Shown here: one piece after another, positions 40,011 to 51,964 of the stretch
Position numbering within the stretch: position 1 is the first letter of the stretch
Layout: each line of letters starts with the position of its first letter
Source: Cenococcum geophilum
Lineage: Eukaryota
NCBI GenBank assembly: GCA_050273025.1
Contig: CP158635.1
Span: 744,001 to 808,000 of the forward strand
Direction of reading: 5' to 3'
Length of the DNA: 64,000 bases
Program-made: the position numbers and the translations under genes
The notes under the pieces: generated by a model
Databases searched by the model: none
Told to the model about the DNA's origin: nothing
What the model saw: the letters and a program-made list of their open reading frames with translations, nothing else

Positions 40011-43000
40011 AGTAATAGTTTATAATACTAGCGCGTCCGTAGGCTTATTACGGCAGCAGTAGTTCCCAAGGAGGTTAAATAGTAAGGTAGTAGAGCACTA
40101 TAGGCGACTCGTAGGCGCTAAGTAGGCGAGTCCTAAAAGGCGGGGAGATGGATCACGGGGTTTTCTCATTTTTCTTAAATAGAGTTTTCTCCCTATATGT
40201 AAATAAGGAGTAGTCCGCGTGGGCCCAATAGGGATCTAAATTGGATATTAAGCAATGAATTATTAAATAAATGCTTAAATAATAATTAAGTGAGTATAAA
40301 AGGACGTCCGTTTTAACTTATTAGTAATTATACAAAATCTACCCCCCCCCTAAAAAAAAAATACGCGAAACTGAGATTTACTACCTTCTATCCTATAACG
40401 TATTTACAATCCTAGCAATATATCCCTTACGAACTTTCAGCTCCGCTCTCCTTCTCAGCGTTATCTCTTAACTTATCTCCTTATCCCCTATTACCCTAAC
40501 CCTTATACGGCGTTAAGACACCGTCTTAGCTAGCTTCTATTTTATAGGCCTAGACGCCTATTGCTTTAATCTTAGATTTAAGGGCAATATATTTAGCGCC
40601 GCGTGCTTATTAGTTAATGCCGTGCCTAAGTTTTTAAGCGTAAATCTAGATTAATATATTATAAATGCTATGGGGAATATAGGGTATTTGTTTAAGTAAG
40701 TCTCTAATCTACTACTTAAGGGGAAAGGAGGGAAGAAGTAAAGTAGAAATACGTGCTAATACGGGGTAGTGGCGGTGCCTTTAGCTCCTATTTAGACTAT
40801 ACCTTAAAAAGCAATACGTTGGAATTAACTTGCAATTGTGTAACGGGTGCTTCCAATACATTTAAAACGTCTACTATTAATCTTAATAAGTAGAAGTATA
40901 AAATGTCCGTATACTCTATAAAACTAATAAAGAAGATAGATGGCACAGCGGAAGTTAATAAAAACGGCGTATTCGTACGCAATAACGGAAGAGTTAATTA
41001 CCGAGCTCCTAGTGCTGCTTAAATTTAAGATTATAAGCATATTATAAATATAAAGGTATAGCGTATATAGTCTAGGCGAACGACTTCTAATAAGTCGAAG
41101 ATTTTACTTACTATTTTAATTGCCTTCTCCTCTTAAGTATTATTTGAGACTATATCCTACCTTATAACCGTAGTCTATTAATTATATCGATTAACATAAT
41201 ATATATTTTGTAAAATAAAATCTACTGTTCTCTTCTAAGGCTAATAGAAAGAGGTAACTTAATAAGGATTTAAGTCGCGTATATGTGTTTAAGTAGAGCG
41301 GTAATATTTAGGAGATTGGTACTAACTATCTATAAGAGGGCAAAGCTTAGAAAGCTATTACTGTCCCTCCCTACGTGCTAAGATACCCTCCGTGCCGAGA
41401 TATATAAGGGGTACTTTAACTTGCGCGCTATAGCAGATACAATGCTAATAATAACTTCCTACTATTATAATAAGGCTCTAAGGCTTAGATAAAACCTTAA
41501 TATAAGTATTATAAGTGGTAAGAGCTTAATGGTGGTACTATAGTAAAGGGACATTATTACGCTATAAAAGGAGGCTCTCTATAAATTAGGCGCGAAGGCG
41601 ACGATATAAACGTAATTTATAGGTAGGAGGGGTCCCAAATGTTTAAAGGTAGCTATAGTACATAACTTGTATAGAATTATAGTAAAGCTTAACGTGTGCG
41701 CAGAGTTATAGTTGCTTAAAGTCAAAGTACTACTTATATTTTCCGATATAGTGGGTTTTCCGCGACCCGGGGATAGACGCTATACTTTACTGTCCTCCTT
41801 CGGAGTAGTATAGATAACTTACACCTAGGCCAGATAAACTAGCTAATTAAGATTAATTTACTAGTAGTAATGCTGCTCCTTATATTATAAAATTTCTCCC
41901 GCTTAAGGGAGTCTATTATTAGTTGTTTAAAGCTTAGGGAAATACCTAAAGCCTTTTTAAGCACAACTACCATATTTATAAGCGAAATTTAGTAGCCTAT
42001 TTTAGGTGTAAAGGAAGGAAAGAAAAATTTAGTCTAACTACTACCTAATATTTAGAGATCTGGTATAGGAATAATTTTAATAGTCGCTAGAACTAAGGAC
42101 TATAATTGGGTTCTATACGGACCTAAAACTAGTCTACTTATTAGTTGGTGTAGTATTTAAACCCATAGAGCCCGTTTCTAGGTCCCCTATTTTTAGCCGT
42201 TAGAGGTAAGAGTGGTGTAGCCAGGTATAAATACATCGTTTTTTTTAATTAGTCTCTTTAAGTTTTAGCCCTATTTTAAAGTTTACGTATAGAATATTCC
42301 TAGCCTTCTAAAAGAAAGCAATTTAAATATATAAAACTATATTCTAGAGTCTAGAATAGGTTGAGCCCTATAATACAGAAGTGTATTCTAAATAAAAAGT
42401 AGGTATAATATTCTCGTAAGAGGATAAAAAGCTTCTAAATACTTGTCTTTTAAACCTCTAAGAGGCGGGGAAGTTGTGGGTATAGTAATCGCCGGTATTA
42501 TGTTTATTATTATACTGCTTACTCTTTATATATATTTGCGTTGTTAGAAGCGCGCTATACACAATAGAAGCCTTAAAGTTAGTTTTAGTATAGTTTCGCA
42601 GCAAGCCTAGTAACGGATAGCTTATCTATAGATATTATTAGTTGGTAGTAAAATACTAATCCTATATATATTCTTACCTACTATAAATATGCAGTTGTCC
42701 CTAATTTAAGAAAAAAAGTTATTAAGCCCTAGATGTATATATATACCTCTATTAAACTAAATCGGATTTCCTTACTACCATTTTATTACTGTCTTTAAGA
42801 CTAGAACCTAATATCTTACTACCCCGCTACTTATAATTGTATATCTTATTAAATGTCTTATTAAATATCTTATTACCTGTTTCTATTACTAATTACTAAC
42901 TCTTAAATCTTAAGCGGACGGCTTATAGTCGTATTCACACTATTTTTGTAAAGATTACTATATTGCTATAAACTTATAGGGAGCGTGCCGGCAGCCTACT

Positions 43001-43121
43001 TAGGTAGCCCCCTTATATAAAAAGACCAACTATACTACAGATAGATTAGGCTAAAGGGCGCCGATTTATGCGAAGACAAGTTACTAGAATATTTAATAAG
43101 CCTTTAGACTTTTATTATATA

Positions 43122-43487
43122 TATTACGGCACTATTATAGACCCTAGTTAGGGGCTCGGCTAAGCCTTAGCGCCATATATATAGACGTGTCCTTTTATTA
43201 GCGACTTAGTTAATTAAGGCACGAGCACGGCAAAAGGGATACGTAAGCCTATATAAATGGTAGTCTATAAACGAGGATCTAAAGCTAGAGAAAGGAAAGG
43301 AGAAGAAAAGTAGCGCCGGCTAAAGTAGGGTTCTTTTATGCGGTCCTCTAGTTATGTAACTATAAAGTTTTGCCAATTTCTGCTAGTGCTATAATACCTT
43401 TCCTTGACCTTCTTCCAGACCTTGTCTTAGAATTCTCGTTTACTAGCTACCAATAGATTCTATTCTTTTAACTAAGCCTTTATAATA
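43122..43487. repeat. Short LTR-like dispersed repeat (copy 1), interrupted by a 201-bp insert
   Basis: 43122-43195 plus 43402-43487 match 57907-58059 colinearly. Confidence 0.7.
43196..43396. mobile_element. Solo LTR (201 bp)
   Basis: Termini tatt...aata are compatible with RIP of TG...CA; 5-bp TSD ccttt (43191-43195 / 43397-43401); absent from the paralogous copy at 57907-58059. Confidence 0.75.
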
Positions 43488-43787
43488 TACTAACTAAGAT
43501 ACCTTAGAATAATAAAAATATTTTATAACAAATTATAAGTTTCCTTAGTAGTGGCATAAGAAAGTGCTATTAACTTTAACGCAACAATTAAACGAACCAA
43601 GCTTTGCTATTTATGCTCTTTACGGAACCGTGGCGGATAAGTAAGAAGAAAGTTTTATATTTATTATACACCTATATAGCGAGAATATTACTACTTTACC
43701 TATTCTATAGTTTAAATGTTAAAATATTAGGAAAATAAAAAAACCTAAACTTCGTATAACGATATAATAAGACCTTTCTACTTTCTT

Positions 43788-44816
43788 TTAGGAAGGTAAT
43801 ATAATAACCGGCCCTGCCATTGTTATAAGAGTTAGATCATTGACATTATTAAGCTACTACACTATTACTACAGCGAAAGTTACTCTGTTTATTTCTTGTG
43901 GCATATAAACAGTCCCCCTTCTAAGGGTGGTAATATTTAGAGGTGTATATACTAGCATGTTAAGCTAATTAACCCATCTAATAAAAAGTTACTTGCCTTC
44001 TTTAGCAATAAATGGTATTTGCATTAAATCCTACGTAAACTCACTCTCTAATAGTCTGTTAGTGCTGTTACTAAATACTCTACCAGTTAATTGTGCAATA
44101 GTTAGTCTTAGTAAAATAGGCAATAAGACTTTAACCGGGCAAAATCCAGAAATAATAAATAAAAGAGCAAGATTATATGCCCATATATTGCTAATCCCGG
44201 TATTAAATAGAGCCGGATTAGGTACTTCGTCCTAGATATAATAAAAAAATGCATTATAGCGGGATTTAATAGTAAGTATTAATAATACCGATCTTAAAAG
44301 CAGAGGATTAGTAACTGCGAGTTATTTAGTAAATTTAATAGTGGCTCTAATACTTACTAAGGTTATAAGATAGGTAAGTCTAAAGAACCCCTTAGTTGAA
44401 TTTATTAGGAAGAAGTAATTATAAGGAGAAATTAATGGTACGTTATAGGCCTTAAGCAAGTTTATAAGGCTTTTAAGGTGGACCTCTTCTTACTATAAGA
44501 GTATTAGGTAATATTTCTAGACTTTAAAGTAGTAGTATACTTACAGCAGCAATCTTACTAACAACATCAATAGCATTATTAGGATATTCATTCATTCCCC
44601 ACTTTATAATTTCCGTTAAGCCAGTATTAAAAAAGGACGCCTCTAAATTTTCAAGGAAGTGCGCTAATTAAAGTTCTTTAATCGCACCCGCAGATATTAT
44701 GGTTGGTACCCCACTGTTCGGCGGACCACTACCTACTATAGCTGTAGTATTAGAATAAAGGGGCGCCGCGGTAGTAAAGCTTCCTAGAGCAATAGAAGTT
44801 ATATAAAGGAGAGCAT
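43788..44816 (-). pseudogene. Secreted ferritin-like domain (Rds1-type) cargo protein
   Basis: Hydrophobic N-terminus from ATG 44816; EL[Q]LAHFLENLEASFF; intron gtaagt ~44543; [Q]EEVHL; ILTI[E]SR[HD]AFF; VPNPALF[D]T. These are ExxH/ExRH-type helices of the ferritin-like fold. Confidence 0.7.
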
Positions 44817-46958
44817 TAATATCCGTAAAAGGGTATATAGTTGCGGTCGAAATAACTATAGAGTATAATTTGCAACTCTAAAACCTACTAGATTTATAGG
44901 ATATATAGTAAGAAATCCCTTTACTATTTCTAATTTCTATTTTAACCCTTAAATTTTAAGTTATAGGGGTCTGCTTTAGGGCACCCTAAGGAGTTATTTA
45001 TAGTAGGGTCCCCATTTTAGGACCCTTAAATTATCTTAAGCAGCTTGGCAAAGTACATTGCCTTAATATAATAGTTATTAATAGGGGTAATACCTTATAT
45101 TAAATTGTGTTTAATAGACACTTTATTACCTATCGCTTTATTATACTAACTAATCTCTCGTTTTACCTATTCTAAGGATTAAGTTTTGTTTATCCGTTAG
45201 TTACTAATATTGCGTAATTATAAGCACGTTATTAGCTAACTCGGAAACTGCCGTATATACGATTTACAAGCCACTAGCCCGTCCGCCTATTTATAGCAAG
45301 TTTGTTTATTTTACTAGCAGCATTAATATAGGTTCTGCTACTAACTAGCAAGCCAAAGTAACGTTATCCCTCTTATATCTTCCTATTACTTTTTTTAACC
45401 CGCGCCGTAATAATTAGTATAAAGATTAGATATAGGAAATTTCTAATCTATAGTTCCGCGAGCATATTAAGTGGGAGCTTAATTATTTAGACCGCGCTAA
45501 CGTTATTGCAATATTCTTTAATAAGAATAGCATATCGCCAATTAGCCTTCTTAAGCTTAGTCTATATGCTCTTAGTTATAAAATAGTTGTTTACTGCCTT
45601 AAAGGTTACTAGAGACGCGGTAATATGCAGATTATTTATAACAGGTTCAATATCTAGCTCGTAAAGAATTTAGAAGAGTTTATTAAAGAGACTAGAAAGA
45701 TGTTAAAGATCTAACTAAATATACTACTAGAGATATCCTTAGTTTTATAATAATTAGGATGGCAATAATAAGATAGATTAGATTTATTTATTAGCTTAAT
45801 ATATTTAGTATCTTTTTTAACCTCTAAAGCTTATTTAATCTAATTGTGGTATTTATTCATCACAAATACCCGATACTTAAGGATTTGTAAAGAAGAGGCC
45901 TAGTGGAACGTAGTAGAGCCTAAAGGGGGGGATTATAAGACGGAAGCAGTAAATACGACCCCTTTATTAGATAAGCGATAATACCCTAGCTCCGCAAGGC
46001 TGCTAGGGCTAAATTCGGGTCCTTAGGATAAATATAGACTTATTTACTTAGTGGCAGGGCTAACAAGGTAAGTGAAATCTAATATTAGTTAATAAGCGAT
46101 ATTAATAAGCTAATTATATTCCTTAATAAACACTTCGTCCTATATTTGGCTTAATTAAAGAGTACTAGCGTACCTATTAAGTGTTTATAAAGGTAATATT
46201 ATAGCCCAAATTATTATATAAGTAAATAAACTTATTCTCCGTAACACTTAGATGTTATTATAGCAGCTATCTACCAAGTATAAGTATTAGAGCGTAACGC
46301 TCTACCTAAATAGGAAGGGGTGGGAGGATTAGCGCTCATCGTGTTAGTTATATATAGCACTAGTAATACCGTATATATATTAGCAAAAGGATCTATTATA
46401 TACGCTGCTATTAAAGCATAAGTTAAAAACGAGGGTAAGTAATATACGGGATTAAAAGTAAAATAGTAAGGGTAGGTAGCGTAGCAAGAAGAGGGTAAAG
46501 CACGCGACTAAAGTAAGTAGTAAGATGGGGGTGCGCGATAAGGAACTAGGCAATAGGAAATAATTAGCGATCTATATTATAATAGTAATAGTAATATAAA
46601 TCTAAATAGGGTAAATATAGAGGAGACGGAAGACAGGAGGATTAGAGGTATAATATTAGTGGGTAAAAGGTTAATTTTTAATGGCTAAGATATAGATATT
46701 AAAAAACTGGTCTATTTCACTTATTCTAAACACTAATATACTACTCTTATATTTCTCTTACTTCGTAATAATCCACTAGGTTAAGTTACTTTAGTCTTAG
46801 GCATAAAAGCGGTAACTACTACTTTATAATTACGGATAAATTGCTAATAAGGAAATTTTAACCTCTTAACGGTACCTATAATAAGAAGAAAGAAAGCGAG
46901 ATCTAATATTAACTTCGAACACTAATTAGACGTACCCTCTTATAAACGGCTTTTATAA

Positions 46959-48710
46959 TCACGCCGGCTAATATCCTAGTTTAAGAAGCCTTACTTTATT
47001 ATTTAAATAGCCACGTATAAGGTCCTATAGATAATCTTATAGCTTATCGCTTCCTAATACTATAAACGGTTAGCAGCTTAAGAGTGGCATAAGGTAGGAA
47101 ATCTTACCTATAACTAGCATTTCTCCTTACTTCTCTGCCTCGTTTTGCACCCTTTTAATATATTTTCCTGCCCTCTTTTTTTAAAGAATTATCTCTAGGT
47201 TCGCAGAGCCTTTATATACTATAGCACGTTTACCAAATAATACCCTGCCCCTCCCCCCTAATCTAATATAGATTAAGATGCCAAGGATCTATTTTAAGTT
47301 AGCGTAAGCTATAACAATAATATTATTTAAGCTACTAACATAACCATTATCCAAGGTGTCGTTAGTTAGAGCATTATTAAGTAAAGACTGTACTACGATT
47401 CCAATATCTATATATTATAAGATTCGAATTTATAAACTACAATTTAGGGCTTACTAATAGTCTCCAATTGCTATACTAAATAGACTCGCTAGGTGCGAGT
47501 CTTATAAGCATTATACCTATATATTAGCTAAGTAAGGTAAGGCAACTACGCGGCTATGCCGAAACCGCTTACTATTATAAGAACAGTTTTATAATCGCCT
47601 ACTAGTGCGCTAATCCCGTATAGCCCGCTAAACAGAGCTAGATAGGGCGGTCCGCCGTAATAGGTCTTGCTATAATATAGTAATCTCTAGGTTAAGCCTC
47701 TATAAGGTTCTATAAACAGATCTAAAGAATTCTATTTCCCTTCTAACTAGGACGTTACAGTAAAAGAATAAGTTTGTAGAAAGGACTAAAAACTTACTAC
47801 TAGAATCTACAGACCTATATACTACCCTGCTTTAATTCTTAACAATTAAAATAAACTTAAATATATCTTAATAATATTATTAATATAACTAATATAAGCT
47901 CGAGAACAGCCGGAGCCTATAGCCCTATTTTAGTAAATAAGGAATCCAGACTACAGAAGAAGGGTTAAAAGAAATATTATTGCAAAGATATAGATATATA
48001 GCCGAGGAGGGAGCGGCTTTAATATTAAGTGCCGCTAAATAAAATAGGTAGAAAGGATTACTAATACTTAGTATACGCGGATAAATATTTCGTATAATAG
48101 CCTATAAAGAAAAGGATAAGAGAGTAGGAGAAGAAAGCACAGTAATAATCCCCCCTATGCAGTATTAGATATGGTTAGTAAGGCATTAGTTCTATAAAAA
48201 GGGGGAAGAGGGGGTAAGGCTTATAATAACTCCCCACATATTCTCCGCTATACGTAAAGGGAAAGAGTTTCAGCTAGCTATTACCGTAAGAACGTAAAAG
48301 AGTAGAAGGACGAACGATATTATCCTAACTAAGCGATAAACTCGTTAGTATATATTTAGAGAAACCCTAAGTATATCTATAAGAAAGTTAAGATAAGGAC
48401 TAGTAAAAAGTAAAATTATATTAATTAATAAGAGATTTACAGCTTATAAACCGGCTATCTAAATATCCTAGACTTTAAAGCTAATATAAAACGCATTTAC
48501 CGTAATATAAAATAACTATAAAAGGATATTAGCCCGACTCTATGGACCTAAATATTAATAGCGGCAGATTAGCTGCGGATAGGTAAGATATTAAGATACT
48601 AGAAGAGAAGTAGTTTTTAAAAGTAACTATATATAGGGACGGAAGTAAACAAGGATAAGAAAAGTAAAGATGCCACCTATAGCTATAGTATACACTTAGG
48701 TGATTTCCAT
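46959..48710 (-). pseudogene. Ferric reductase / NADPH-oxidase-like (FRE) Starship auxiliary gene
   Basis: MEIT[Q]VY.IAIGG at the start; TM region NLLLIN.ILLF.SP.L.FL.DILGVSL..Y.RV[H]R; FAD motif QT[H]SFTVTS[W] (~47750-47778); FSG[PH]G; NAD motif VL.I.SGFGIAA[Q]LPYL (~47535-47590); ends L[E]LGY[Q]PA*. Confidence 0.85.
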
Positions 48711-51134
48711 AATAATCAGACTATTATTTAAGGGCGGAAGAAAAAGGAATTAGCAAAGTATGGTAAAAATTAGCGGAAAACTCGTTAATTTAAGGGATGC
48801 CTAAAAATCCGTTAAAGGCAAAAATAAAAAGGGACCAGAATTAAAAACCTGGCGAGAGGCCTAGAACTAAAAACCTAGTAAGAGGTTTAGAACCAGGTCT
48901 AGAACTAGGAACCTAATAATAAACCTAGTAATAGAATCCTAGTCACTAGCTAGAATTAAGTGAAAACATTACTACTTTATTAGCTATTAATACAGGTAAT
49001 CTAGCAAAATTTCTAAGTATACTCGCGAGATAAAAAACGTTTAAGAAGAGCTACCTATTCTAGTGGATACTTATAACCTATACGCGCCCTAATAGTGGCG
49101 AAAGATACCAATCCCGTAAGCACTTCTTTTTGCTAAGGAAGTTGCAATAATAGATACTAGAGAATATTAGTAGATAACAGTATAGGAAATAAAGCTCTAA
49201 CGTACCTCTATTAACTTAATAACTAAAGTAATAGAGGTTATCTTAAAGAGGAATCCGGCGGCGTTAGAGTCGGGCGGCTAATAACGCAGGTTATCTACGC
49301 CAATAGCTCGCTCCTCTTTAACGTATCCCTGTATTAGTTCTATAATAATATCACTTAGCGCTCTAATACCTTAAGGTTTAGCATTTTATAATGGGCGGGT
49401 ATAGCAGTATTCTTAATACACTATAACATTTTATTAGTAAAGGCGGTTTTAAAACTAAGTAATTACTAACCGATTTTTACATCTCTATATAAATAAATAA
49501 GTATATTTAAACAACTTAATAAACTATGCTTTAATCCTTTTATTATAAGGTACGCAAGCCCGTTAAGTATCTACTATAGTTAATACCCTACTTAATAGTT
49601 ATTACGCTATTGGGTTTTTACCTATCTAAGTATTACAGCTAAGTAAATTTCGTTAAGGAGAGGATTACTAGCAACGTAGTACAAAGAGTAGGCTATAAAC
49701 TTAAAAATAATATAGGAAGTCTCCTTAAATCTAAAAACCTTAAGAGTAGAGATAAAGTTGGCGTATTATATCTATTAGAACTTACAGAGCTTTTCTTTAA
49801 TATTAGGTCCTAAAAAACTCTACACTATAACGAGATTTAATAGGGGATCTTTCCGCTTACTTCTTACTGTAATAACATTAGACGGATAATCTCTTCTCTT
49901 AGCCACTATAACCTAATCTTTAATACCAAGTTATAGCTAATAGGTCTTCTTATAAATCCTCTATAGAGATCTATATTTTATTCTTACATATTTATATACC
50001 CTAACCCCAGATTTAATAGCTTTAGGAAGTCTAAAATGCTATAGGCCAGTCTTAAAATCCACATCATCCCTATTTAGGGAGTAGAGTCTTTTCCTGGCTA
50101 AAGCATCGCGATTATAAGGGGTGTTACCTTCTATAAGTTAATTAAGGAAGCCGGTCTAGAAACGTGTCTTAAGTCCCTCCTAGTACTTCCAAATCGATCT
50201 ATATATAGCGTTTTTTAGGCGTGGAAATTATCCTAAGCGGTATATAATAATAGGAAAGTCTGTTTTCCGATAATATTATTAGCTAGAGAATAAATGCAAA
50301 GGACAGATTTATACCTCTTATAATTTACTAAAGGAAAAAAGCGATAAATATAATAGGGGTCCGGAATTAGACCCCTAGGTTTCTATTTAAAGCATAGAAG
50401 GAACTTATAGTAGGTAACAAATTTAGAATAGTAAGTACTACGGATAAGAGGCTATAAGTAGCCTGTTCTCCTAGGCGGATTATACATTCCTTCTAAAGAG
50501 TTATCTTAAGATATAATGGTATAATTCCTCTAATAGGAGCAAAGACTCATAATAGAGAGGAGCATTAGTTAAAGAGGCGCGGCTAGCATTAAGATTAAGT
50601 TGCCACACTTTCCATTTAAGGGAGCTAGTAATAATAATATTAAAAGACTTAAGAAGTTTAAAAAAAGAATAATTGCCGTTAATTATTCCTATTAATCTAC
50701 TAAGAGGTAGCTATTAGATCCACATAATAGCTACCTAAAGCTAGATTTTCCGGCCGATTTCTATTTAGAATAAAAAATACTAAGTCCTAGTAGCCACAGA
50801 AGTCCTTCCTCTAGAAGTTTAGCGCTAAACTATAGATTATATCTCGCATATAAAGTATCCTTACACTTACTTCTTAACAGAGCTTAACTATAAAAGAGAG
50901 TACTAAAGTAGCTCTAGATACTATAAGGTAAAGGTTTTATCTACAGGCGTTTTAAATTACTAATTATATTCTATACAAAACCTCTACAATCTTAATTATA
51001 TTAGATTATAGATTTTATATTACACTTACGTTTAGAGGCGCTTTACAAACTTCTTCTTAAGGCTGTGTTAACAAAAGTACCGCGTTTAAATCTATAGTAA
51101 TGAGATATATTAGGCGCGGTAGAAAGAAGGCAAA

Positions 51135-51815
51135 ATAGGTAAGACTTAGACTAGACCATTATTCTCCAAATATAACTATTTGTTAAACTAGTTACTAGAC
51201 GTAACTACTCCAGATATAGCTATTTTAGATATAGCTGTTAAATATAGCATTCTTACTCTCTAGATATGACTATTCTCTAGATATAGTTCTCCTATTTAGC
51301 GCTACTAAGAGGACTAATTATTTTAGGCCAATTGGGCATCCAATAATACAGACATAGTTTCCTATTTAGCGCTACCAAGAGGACCGGTTATTTTAGGCCA
51401 ATTAGGCATCCGATAATTCTCCAGACGTAGCTGTTCTCTAGACGTGGTATTAAAAGGACCGGTCATTTTAGGCCAATTAGACATCCGATCTCCAGACGTA
51501 GCTATTCTCCAAATATAGTGTCCTATTTAGCGCCGCTAAGAGGACTAGTTATTTTGGGCCAATTAGACATCCGATCTCCAGACGTAGCCGTTCTTCAGAC
51601 GTAGTGTCCTATTTGGCGCTGCTAAGAGGACCGGTCATTTTAGGCCAATTAGACATCCGATCTCCAGACGTGGCTATTCTCAAGACGTGGCTATTCTCTA
51701 GCGTGGTTTTCCTATTTGGCGCTGCCAAGAGGACCGATTATTTTAGGCCAATTAGGCATCCAATAATTCTCTAGACATAACTATTCTCTAAACGTAGCTA
51801 TTCTCTAGACGTAAC
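51135..51815. repeat. Tandem repeat array (~70-105 bp units with tctccagacgtagctat subrepeats)
   Basis: tcctatttagcgct.c.aagaggacc..ttattttaggccaatt.g.catcc recurs at ~51290, 51360, 51450 (partial), 51520, 51607 and 51710. Confidence 0.85.
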
Positions 51816-51964
51816 TAGGATCCCTTAACTACGGTTAGCTAAAAATAGAGGGTCCCAGAATTGGGTTCTAAGGATAATATTTAAAGCGCAGCTAAAAACT
51901 TATACCAGTTATAATAAATAACCTATTCTCCTGTAGCAAATATTATTAAATAAGCCATATAGAT

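Larger units (their letters stand above)
28347..40263 (+). mobile_element. Full-length Tad1-like LINE (LINE-B), interrupted by a Copia element
   Basis: Perfect 15-bp TSD taaataaatgcttaa (28332-28346 / 40264-40278). ORF1 knuckles at ~35815-35990; ORF2 with endonuclease and RT motifs. Confidence 0.88.
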
